A DNA stretch of 63,221 nt, filler included, from Octopus bimaculoides (Eukaryota): assembly GCF_001194135.2 (NCBI RefSeq). It is 3 parts of 2 records of this genome, joined end to end, with 100 filler letters (N's around TTAATTAATTAA, not from the genome) between each part and the next. Parts side by side here need not be neighbours in the genome. Positions count along the whole stretch, not along the records: positions 31,233 to 63,221 come from NC_068999.1; 2 more parts are not named here. The stretch is one strand, 5' to 3'. The notes beneath the pieces are model-generated. The model ran no database searches, had not been told where the DNA came from, and saw nothing but the letters and a program-made list of their open reading frames with translations. Every line of letters starts with the position of its first letter. The first letter of the stretch is position 1. This document shows positions 52,303 through 63,221 of this stretch, one piece after another. The position numbers were made by a program, and so were the translations under genes.

Positions 52303-53570
52303 TATTCATACACAAATAGGACATAGACACATATATTTATATTTATGATATTGAATGAAGAAAATGTATTAATAACCAAATAAAAACGAATATTGTAAAC
52401 ACCGGGCTTGATAAATATTTTCAGATATTGAATTATATTCTGAATATATTATTTTTTCATAGGAAATATAATATCAAAATATCCTATATGAAATATAATA
52501 CGAAAATATCACATATGAAATAGAGAATATTGTGTTATATTATCAGTAAAAAACCAATTAAAAATTTCTGACATTTTAAATACATTTCCGATATGGAAAT
52601 CAAATAATATCACCTTATATTATATTGATCTCAATTTTTGGTACAAGGCCTGAAATATGAGGGGCGGGGTAAGTCAATTACATCAACCTCAGGGCTCAGC
52701 TGGTACTTATTTTATCGACCTGGAGAGTATGAAAGGCTGAAAGGCGCAGTAACGATTCTGCCAGCTCACCACCTAAAGACAGTATATTATATTAAGTTAC
52801 TTGTTAACCTTTAGAATAGCATCACTATTATAATACTTCTTACATGACATTGTTGAGCACTCTTGCATCTTTTCCATATCCGAGAAACACTTTGCTCATA
52901 GGCGTACATTTAGTCTTAATCGTCTGGGTTCGAACCTACCTACACTGTTGCAAAACCAAAGTGTTAATGTAACCAGTGTTGTATGATATCGTGATACTCG
53001 TCACCTTCTTCAAAAGACCATCTAATATAAATTTTATTTTGAATGATATTTTATACAAGTAGAACACCAATGGTAGACACGGATGGTTTCGGACCATCCT
53101 ACTCCGAACATTATCCGTTCGTATTCTTATCTTTAGCTCGTCTATAAGTGTAACCTTTAAACATCTGTTACAACATATTACATTTCATAGTGGCCTGGTA
53201 GATTAACACTAATATTCACATATGTATTATGTTGTTTATTTCGGTTTGTAAGAATCTTTGACTGAATTAGTTTTTTGAAACACTATTTACTGTATTTAGG
53301 AACGGTAATTATGTCAATAATAAACATGCACACTGGCTCTGAAGCAATACTTTATTTTTCTTAATTGGTTAACCAATTCAGTAATCGGTTGTTGGATTCA
53401 TCGTTCGGTCAGTCAATCTATCGGTTAAATTTGCCAACGCCCTTTCATTGCCATTCGCGTCCCCATCAATGATATGTTTTCTCAACTCTAAGTATACTAT
53501 ACATCAATTAAAAATTCCTGTGTCTCTAGTGTGATTGTACCGAGTCTAGTATATTTACCCCCACCGCCCT

Positions 53571-53728
53571 CACGGACAATAATCCCCAAGTACAACAGAT
53601 GATGACTTAAAACTTCTTAATATATTAGTGAGGGAGTACTTAACCAAGTGGCGGGGGTAGTTGTGGTCGGGGGGAATTTTCCTATGGTGAATAGCTGTCC
53701 TAGTGGGGGTAACTGTTCTGATACGGAA
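53571..53728. mobile_element. Short DNA-transposon-like element with GGGG..TTGT/GTCC subterminal repeats
   Basis: CGGACAATAATCCCC at the left and repeated GGGG(G/T)A(A/G)(T/C)T motifs ending ...CTGATACGG at the right. GC island in AT-rich context. Confidence 0.4.
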
Positions 53729-54139
53729 TGTACCATCTCTTTCTTGCCGATGTTTTCTAATGGCATGATTTGCTTTCTCATATATTCTCTTTTCGTTAAG
53801 ACAGTTCGTGTAGAAAGACTGCGGTCGATTGTCTTCATATCTATATACATCTCGCATTCTCTTTCTAGATATGCTCTTAGTGTTTAGTGCTCATATTGGA
53901 TATATCGAATTTTCACTTACGCAGTCATTATTTTATTCCTACAATAAGTAAGCGCCAAGTTTACAAGATTATGATTATACCTTATTGCTTGAACAAATAG
54001 TGTTTCGATAATTATCACGTTATTATATCAAACGTGCCTCTGTATTAAATATTAATTTAATCATATCTGTATTACTATTCTTCATGTTTCACATATATGT
54101 GGTATATTCTAGTATTCTAGTTATGATTGCAGATGTGTT

Positions 54140-54214
<75 letters not shown>

Positions 54215-54672
54215 TCAGATTCTTTAATATCTCTGATTATTATAGGTCGATAGATACCGTACGCACACACTCAAGTGTTTTGCTATAGCTATGTTACTCA
54301 GTAACAGGTCTACATGGACATATCCGTATCCTTTCAGATTCATGTTTTTAATCTGTGAGACAGTATTGTTCAAATAGCGTCGTAGACACGCATATTGTGG
54401 ATCATAGTTGTTGCGTATTTGCTGTCTATTACTATTCTTGACGAGCCATTCATGGCTTCGTTCCAGCTATTTCATGCATGGTTAATTATGTCTCCTAAGT
54501 ATTTCAGTTTTGAACCAGTTAACTTTGTCACTTTTTTCTGTACCTGTCAATTATTGTTTTAGCATGGCCTCCTGAGAAGTAGAGAGAATGGAAGAGGAGA
54601 AACAGGAAAAAATGGGGGGAAATGAGGACAATCATAGCAAAAAGCAACTAAAATAACACAAACAACAGCAAT

Positions 54673-54725
<53 letters not shown>

Positions 54726-54790
54726 TAATAATAATAATAAGGATAATACTAATATTGATGATGATGACGACGATGATGATGACGACGATA

Positions 54791-54828
<38 letters not shown>

Positions 54829-55599
54829 AGTTATAATAATGATAATGCTTTCCTTATCCTCCTGTTTTCTATGTTGTTACTTCTATTTACGATTTCTCCC
54901 ATTCTAATATTAATAGCTATCCACAGTTAGTATTTAAGGGAAATTCATTTTCGGTTTGTCGGAGTAGCCGATTTGTAGTCGAACACCAACAAAATATGGC
55001 ACACTTATTGCCGCAATTGTACGATAATGTTAAAAACCAAATGTGGTTCCAGAAAACAACTAAAAGCAGAAAAGTAGGGGTTGATGTAATTACTAATGAG
55101 GAATGCATTTCTATACAACATGATCAATAATAGTCATAATGATACAATGTGTTAATTAAGGATCATACGTGTTATCATTTTCATACAATATTCAGCAATT
55201 GCTTCTTTTTTTTTGGAATAAATTGTTCCCCTTGCGAAGGCAATAATTTTGTTAATGTGTTGTCAGTTAATTGGCCTTGGTCTGAATGTTTTTGTAATTT
55301 TCTTCCATACGTAAAAAAAAAAAAAAGAAGAAAGAATTGGCTGACACGTTTTATAATATATGCTTCGAAGGATCTCCGTCGTTTTCGTTAATGAATATTG
55401 ATATGTTGTTCGATCAAATGAATTGCCAGTTCATTCAATTTGAGTGCAAATTCATGAACATTCCACAGACAAGTGTACCAACATCGTAAGTCGCGGGTAG
55501 AATCAGGGTGGTACAGTGTGTGACAACGATGTGATTTTGAATTGCAAGTACCAGCTTGTAGAGTGTTTCCTGCTACCCAATTTCATTTATTGCGGAGAT

Positions 55600-55835
55600 A
55601 CGTGGCTTAGTTGTTAGGGTGTTGGAGTCGTGGTCGTAGGATTGCGGTTTCGTTTCTTGGACCGGGTGATGCGTTATATTCTTGAGCAAAACACTTCATT
55701 TCACGTTGCTCCAATCTATTCAACTGGCAAAAAATGACTAATCCTGCAATGGACCGGCGTCCGGTCCAGGTAGACAGTTTATACTTCATGGAAACCAAGA
55801 AACAGGATCTTATGAGTCGGCATGATTCGAGAAAG
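55600..55835 (+). mobile_element. tRNA-derived SINE
   Basis: GTGGCTTAGTTGTTAGG head, degenerate B box, TTCTTGAGCAAAACACTTCATTTCACGTTGCTCC domain, AACCTTTACC tail. Confidence 0.65.
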
Positions 55836-57164
55836 TAACCTTTACCCTACTTTAATTTCACTCATAAGTTAGGAAGTTACGAGTTAACACGTACCTATAT
55901 ACAAGTCATATTTACTCAACATGCTGTGCATTGAGTCCTGATCCAAAGCACGTGGTTGTGAAATGCATTTTTTAAAATATGCTTCTGTACAGCTTCCTGG
56001 ATATATGTTTGGCAACATAATTAAATTGCACATATCAGAAGAGAAATTTAAAAGCATCTGTGCGGAATCTAACCCTATGAGTTACAGCTCAAAAATCATT
56101 CTTCAAAGACAAGCTAACACCTTAAAGAATAATTCGGAGGAGTCTAAACTGGAGAGAAACGCCAGCAACTTCTCATATCAGTTTTAACCTATCAAGTGAT
56201 AAGACAATGTTTCAAGAAAGAAAAGTTAACATTTTACAAGTAACTGCGATTAATTCAGCATGATACAGAAATTATGCTACTCCCTGTGTATATTTACGTT
56301 CTATTGTCCTATTGAGAAAAGTATAATCCTTTACAGATTCATAATTTCTATAAAGATTTAAACATATTTTACCTAATACTTGAATATAGCTTGTTTATTT
56401 ATACGTAATCAACAATTTGGTTATTACGAATGTGTCCTTCTACTTTTCATTTAATTTCCTTTCATATCATACCAAACTATCGCTTTCACGTCATACTTCA
56501 GACCTACGTTGCTAGACATGAGAGCTAAAATGCTCTAATGCTGTATTAAAAGCACGTAACTATATACATGTATACTGACAAGGGCTGTAATCGCTAGAAA
56601 AAACTGGCCGAGAGTTCCTTATACTGATCGGTCAGTTTCGGCTTTTTCCGTAGCCACATAAGTAAAGACCGCTCGCTCGGCTGATTCCGGACTTAATTCT
56701 CTCTCAGCATATATGTATTTACCATAGAAATCTATGAATGATTTAGCGAATCGCTAACATGTATATGTCATACTCATTAGCTCTCAAATCCTGGAAATAT
56801 GTACCCGTAACACACTAGTATGAATCCAGTCTCTAGGTTACATATTCGTACATACGCATTTCTCGCCTGGAGAGACAGTTTCCGATTTATAGCCAACGTT
56901 ACACGTTCCCGAAAAAGTCATAGATTTTACATAACTCTAGTATTTAGGGCATGCCACTAAGTATGTAACTGTTGATGACATGAATTCTAAAGCATATATG
57001 TTGTACTTACATAAAGAAAAAGCGGATATATTTTCAGAAACATCATTGCTATTGGAATATCTCCTGCAATGCACTAACTCAAGTGATACTGAACATAATA
57101 TGATACTGGGAAAATTCATGAAATTTTTTTCATGATGTTCCTAGATATCGATTCTTCTCCACAG

Positions 57165-57286
57165 GTTCGTTTAACGTTGATTGCTTTAAGCCTATAAATG
57201 ACATTGCGAAAACTTCAGAAGGTCACGCACCGCATTTTAGAATCACCTTAATTTTAGTGATCTCCATTCTCATATACCTTACGTAA
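57165..57286 (+). CDS. Candidate terminal exon encoding a GPI-anchor-signal-like or hydrophobic C-terminus
   Basis: Strong acceptor ttcttctccacag|GT, then GSFNVDCFKPINDIAKTSEGHAPHFRITLILVISILIYLT*. No upstream exons identified. Confidence 0.28.
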
Positions 57287-57327
57287 CTCTGTAGTATGAA
57301 AGTTATCACTTATAACCGCATGAATAC

Positions 57328-57379
<52 letters not shown>

Positions 57380-58216
57380 TTCTAGCTGGCTATATATAGA
57401 AAATGTATGTATATACATCTACATATATATATATATATATATATACAAATATATACACAGGCACACACATATATAAATATATATATATTATGTATACACG
57501 TCGTATACATGAACGTCTTGCTGTTTACGTGGGTGTCAGATAAGAAGGGAGAGAAGTGAAGGAATCGGATGGATAGATGGAGAAGGCGTATTCGCGGGAT
57601 TATATTTGATCAAGTATACGTTATCTTTAGTTATTAACGAGAACACTCCTAGTTTTATTTGAGGCTTAATGGTTTATATATTGACAAAATTACGTGAGAT
57701 GTAGCTTCGTATTTATTATTTTGTATATTCTTATCAAAACAACGCTCTGGAATCAAGACTTTGATTAGTGAAAGTTGCTCTGATCTTTAGACGTATAAGA
57801 TGAATGGTTCGGTTTTATGGTTGTATTGATGTTTACACACTAACATTTAATTATGTGAGGCATTAATTGACAATATTGACTAAGTTAATAAATGATTCCA
57901 CAGTATGTAGTCAATCTTTGTATCTTTTGATTCAGGCTCCTCTTCTCATTATTATTGACCTGACAACAATCCACTCTTCCTTGATTTATAAACTCACACA
58001 CACACACGCGCGCCTGCACGCACAGATACACACATACACGCATACACACGCACACACATACTCACACATTCACAAACATGCAGACACAGACACGTGCAAT
58101 CGCACATAATTATATTTGCACCTAAGCTTTTACATATACATGTATGTGTGTGTAAACATATACATATACATATATAAACACATACATATATAAATACATA
58201 CATGATATATACATGC

Positions 58217-58589
58217 ATATATGTATATATATGAATATATTTTAATGTATATAATTATATATATGCATGCATGTACGTGTGGGTGTATACATATGTGTGC
58301 GTATANNNNNNNNNNNNNNNNNNNNNNNNNNNNNNNNNNNNNNNNNNNNNNNNNNNNNNNNNNNNNNNNNNNNNNNNNNNNNNNNNNNNNNNNNNNNNNN
58401 NNNNNNNNNNNNNNNNNNNNNNNNNNNNNNNNNNNNNNNNNNNNNNNNNNNNNNNNNNNNNNNNNNNNNNNNNNNNNNNNNNNNNNNNNNNNNNNNNNNN
58501 NNNNNNNNNNNNNNNNNNNNNNNNNNNNNNNNNNNNNNNNNNNNNNNNNNNNNNNNNNNNNNNNNNTATATATATATATATATACATAC

Positions 58590-58621
<32 letters not shown>

Positions 58622-58694
58622 GAATATATTTTAATGTATATAATTATATATATGCATGCATGTACGTGTGGGTGTATACATATGTGTGCGTATA
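58217..58694. other. About 88-bp identical sequence on both sides of an N gap
   Basis: 58217-58305 equals 58606-58694; likely an unmerged contig overlap or a collapsed tandem repeat. Confidence 0.7.
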
Positions 58695-59465
58695 AGTGTA
58701 TGTTGTTGTGTGTGTATGATTATATCTTAATTAAATATCTGTAAGGAAGCTGATTCTTAGTTTCTTCCTAAGTAATGCTTCAGCGATGTGAAAAATTCAA
58801 TGTAATTTTGTCTAATATTGATAATTATAATGATCGTATAGATAATGGTTATGACTTAACGATCAACAATATTGGCAGCGTATTATTATTATTGTTGTTG
58901 TTGTTGTTGTTTTTGCTATCATCATAATCATCATCATTGTTGTTTTGCTTGTCCTTATCAATTTTATTATTGATAATACCCGTCCTCATATTCTATTTAT
59001 ATGTATAAAAAAATTAACTTTGAAGACATTTGGCTAAGTAGAAAGAGAAAAAAAAAATTACACTTCTGCTTTTAGGCATTTCGCAATAATAATGTGTTCA
59101 ATACTACAACGCATTACTGAACTGAGCAAAACATACAAGATTTAAAGTATAGAAGAATAAGAATAAAAGTATCAGGATAAAAACACTATGACGATGATGT
59201 TTTAAATAATTAGGTTGTATGCTTCCAGTTTTCTCTCATAAACAGCCTAGGTAGATAATGTTGAATGTATATGTGTATATACCAAAGTATTTATGAATCT
59301 ATGTACGCATAAATATATATATGTATGTATTTATATACAAATATATATACACATACACACATACATATAAATGTATATATATATATATNNNNNNNNNNNN
59401 NNNNNNNNNNNNNNNNNNNNNNNNNNNNNNNNNNNNNNNNNNNNNNNNNNNNNNNNNNNNNNNNN

Positions 59466-59496
<31 letters not shown>

Positions 59497-59544
59497 TGTA
59501 TATACATACACAACAGAGGCGCCAATTTAGAAAGTATACAGTCG

Positions 59545-59729
59545 CGCAGTAGTAGGCATGCCTTTGTGTTTAGATCTTTGCTTCAGAACAACAGGGTTGA
59601 TGGTTCAATTCAACTGCGTAGCACCTTTAGCAGATACCTTCTGCTACACCCTGGATCCGACCTGAGTGCCAGAGGCCGTAGTAGACTTCCGTCGTAGACT
59701 TCAAAGATGCCCATCGTATATATCTATAC

Positions 59730-59772
<43 letters not shown>

Positions 59773-60010
59773 TGTGTGTGCGCGCGTGATTTTGTGTCTG
59801 TGTTTGTCCACCCCCATCTCGGTCGACAACGGGCGTAGGGGTATTTTTCGTTCCTGTAACCTAGTTGTTCAGCAAAAGAACTCGATAAAATAAGTACAAA
59901 CATTTCAAAATAACTAAACACTAGGAGCGATTCGTTCGACTAAAATGTTTCAATGCATTGGAGCAGTCCCACCGCTGGTGAAAAAACGACAAAATAAAAG
60001 GATAAAAGAC
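59545..60010 (+). mobile_element. Degenerate microsatellite-containing SINE
   Basis: Head, (GT)n middle and GATAAAAGA tail in the same order as 29680-30425 read in reverse. Confidence 0.55.
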
Positions 60011-61614
60011 ACAGGCACAACCATAGACATGATAAAAATCAGTGCCAGTTAAAGACTGGGATCGATGTAATGGACTAGTACCCTCACCCAAAATTTCAGA
60101 TCTTGCACATATAGTAGAAATGAGCGTGTCTCTCGATTCCTTATGTTCTGGTTTCAAATCTCACCAATATTTGCATTTCAATTTTTTTTAGGAATCGATA
60201 AACAATAAAATACTAGTTGAGTTCTAGGTCCAATAACATTCGCTAATCATCTCTCACGAATACAAGGCGACATGCCTCTCCTACAAACAAACATTTACAA
60301 GGGAGGTCTGTCTTGCCAGAATTGTTCAACAGGCGGAAAAGTTACCTTGCAATATATTTTCATTTCTTAATCCACACTGCACGAAGTCAACGTTGTTTTT
60401 TTTATCTTTTCGGAGTCGTAAAATAAGTAGCAATCGAGAATTTGGTTCGATATAATCGACTTATCCTTCCACTAAAATTTCTGGTCTTGCGCCAAAAGTT
60501 TAAACCTTTAGTGATAACACTGTAAATGCAGGAGTCCTCTCTACACATTGTACTTTTATTGAATAGTTTGACTCTTTAACTTACAAAACAAAATCAAATT
60601 GTCTGGGATTGGGTCAGAAGCACATTGCATATTAAAACAACGTATTTCAGTGTGTGTGTATGTGTGTGTATTTGTGTGTGCGCGCGCGCGTGTTTGTGTA
60701 AGCGCGTGCATTTTAAATACTAGCAGAAACAAAAAGAAACGACCAACTTGCAAACAATAATGCAAAGTTTTTAAATTTTCCGAAGATTCAAACTGCATAG
60801 CGATGTAAATTTCAATAAATTGTCCTTGGCCAATACAATACAACTGTCGTATTTTTCCTACCTGACGGGCAAACGATTAAAGAAACAAAATCGAAAAATA
60901 TTTTCTTTTCTTTTATAATCTTCAAACCATATAGTTTTTGAAAACCAGAGAATTTATTCCTTCAGGAAAGGAGCTTTATGTTACTTTAATCACACTCCTT
61001 GCAAATAGAGAGATTATTTTTGTAATGCAAGAATGGAATATTTTATCTTTATCCGTAGGTTGGATTATCGTACAACAAAAAAATAATAATGATAAACCGC
61101 AAAGCCTGTAGAAAAAATATACAATAGCACAGCTAATAATAGGGGTTTATATTATTTCACATTTACTCAAGATGTTAAAGTCAGTTTCTCTATGTCCACT
61201 ATAACTGAGTCTTCCCAGTGCAATGCTGGTTTTTTGTTTTTGAATTACTATTAATTATCGATATAGGCTATCTTAGCTTATTCATAGATACTAAATTGAA
61301 CTGAAACTTAATTTCCGCAATACATCTCAAAGGCAAATGATTATATCTGAGAGCGTGTGTTGGAAGTAAAACAGTAACACGATGGAAGACATATTAGCTT
61401 GTCAAAGACCCACAATGATTGTAAATTTTACTTAAATATTTAGGATTTTGATCTGTGGCTCTGGCTTGTTTATACGTGTCAGTGAGGAGGCTACAGTTTA
61501 TGCGATGAAAATATTGATACCGTATACGAAATATTTAAGAGAAATTAACATTTCTTTTGTATTTTCGAATGATTTGCAAGTGCCTTCCATCCTGAAATTG
61601 TTTAATCTTAATAA

Positions 61615-61925
61615 AGGTGGAAGACTCAGCGAGCTGGCAGAATCATTGCCACGCCGGGCATAATACTTAGCAGCAATTCCTCTGACTTCATGCGTTCTAA
61701 TTCCGCCGAGATTGACTTTGCCTTTCATCACATATATACATATGTACGTAGACGCAGGTGTGGCTATATGGTAGAGAAGCTTCCTTCCAAACAATGTACT
61801 CGTAACTGAACAGTTTGATAAACGAAACCGATACAATAAATATCAGAAAAATAAATATTGATGTCAAGTTGGTACACCAGCATGGACACAGTCCAATGAC
61901 TGCAGCAAGTATAAGATAAAATACA
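61615..61925 (+). mobile_element. Two adjacent SINE fragments
   Basis: GCGAGCTGGCAGAATC head to CTTTCATC (61635-61728), then GTGGCTATATGGTAGAGAAGCTT head fused to a tail fragment. Confidence 0.55.
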
Positions 61926-62571
61926 CACACCCAACTACACACACGCACACACACTCACACACACACACACATATTCATATATATATACATGTGTATGTAT
62001 CGTTATGATACAAAATGCATGCATATTGTGTTGCAAATTGCCTACTGATGTTTTCTATAAATACTAAGAAATGGAAGAGATTCAACGTAAAAAATAAAAA
62101 ATATGATAGAATTAAGAAAACCAAAGGAAAAGTTTAACACAAACTAAACCATTATTGTATGTAATATATATGTTATATAGAATGACAGACAACAACATGT
62201 ATCACAAAGCCTAAGCAACAAGGATTAAACATGCAGAAATAAATAAATTGAAGAACGAAAATATCACGAAAAGAGACTTACATTATCATTGAAATGTAAA
62301 GGCAAACTTTTAAAACAGCTTTGATTTCAGATATGGACAGAGAAAATGAGTGGAAGGAAAGATAAGGATAGCGTGAATGATAGAAATACGTATCTACTAC
62401 GAAGAGACGCATTGAGACTCGTGCGCGCGCATACACATGCACATAGACACACAAAGTTATGCATATNNNNNNNNNNNNNNNNNNNNNNNNNNNNNNNNNN
62501 NNNNNNNNNNNNNNNNNNNNNNNNNNNNNNNNNNNNNNNNNNNNNNNNNNNNNNNNNNNNNNNNNNNNNNN

Positions 62572-62607
<36 letters not shown>

Positions 62608-63221
62608 CATATATATGAACATTTATGCACAAACATGAATTCGTACATATACAGTTGGATGTATCTGTGCACATGCATTTGTGTGTGTGCCTCTCCACAT
62701 TCTTATATACGACTACAGATACACATACCGCTAAAATAAATATACATTTTATCTCGCCTTCTTCGCCCAACTCCTCCTACCACTCCTAGTAATAGTAATT
62801 CTGAGAAACAACAATCACCAAAATGAAAACGGCTAAAGAATTGGAAACCCATGAAATAATCAAGCGGAAAATTTGAAATTGTTCCTTTTTTTTTGTTCTT
62901 ACTTACTCATTCATTTTTTTGTGTGATTTTTTTGTTCATCTCTAAAAGCTTCTGTTAATATTTCCTGGAGCAATTTTTTATTCGCATTAAAACATAACAA
63001 AAATAAGAATCTAAGCCCTCTTCCTTCTCATATCTACTCCACAACGAATCAAACAATGATATTTCACACTTGTAGCGTGAAGATAGAAAATAAGTTAACG
63101 CCTTGTTGCCTTCTTATGTTCCATGATTCTCCAAACAATAAATAAAAAAATGCAATTCCACTTTCTATTGTGCGTGTCTATACATATATGCGTATGTGTG
63201 TATTCTGCTATTCATATATAT

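Overview
Eukaryotic, very AT-rich, microsatellite-saturated animal DNA with many N gaps. The SINE and microsatellite landscape looks like an Octopus-type cephalopod genome; this is inference, not a database result. Two 100-bp linkers (N44-TTAATTAATTAA-N44 at 22421-22520 and 31133-31232) suggest the window is three separately assembled pieces, so adjacency across them is unproven. Segment 1 (1-22420) holds the only well-supported host gene: a complete 5-exon, minus-strand SDR9C-type short-chain dehydrogenase (HSD17B2/HSD11B2/RDH/BDH1-like; 21615-18739; about 411 aa; TGCDRGFG, NNAG and YCCSK motifs intact). About 13 kb downstream lies the isolated first coding exon of a diverged tandem paralog (5404-5068). 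Segment 2 (22521-31132) is almost entirely mobile DNA: a mariner with both TIRs, a decayed near-complete Penelope-like element (RT + GIY-YIG, bracketed by two 223-bp direct repeats, with a young SINE inserted), an RTE 3' end and nested SINEs. Segment 3 (31233-63221) has no gene I can name, only TE fragments, a Penelope-type minimal hammerhead ribozyme motif and a few exon-like open frames. Most ORFs in the supplied track are artefacts of microsatellites or N runs. The best second-look items are the Penelope element with pseudo-LTRs, the hammerhead motif, a fold-back mariner with transposase 3' ends on both arms, a TTAGGG patch joining two truncated elements, and the tandem SDR pair. I found no CRISPR array, rRNA or true tRNA gene, and I cannot claim a wholly new system. 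All alignments and counts are manual, and TE boundaries are approximate unless TIRs or TSDs are given.
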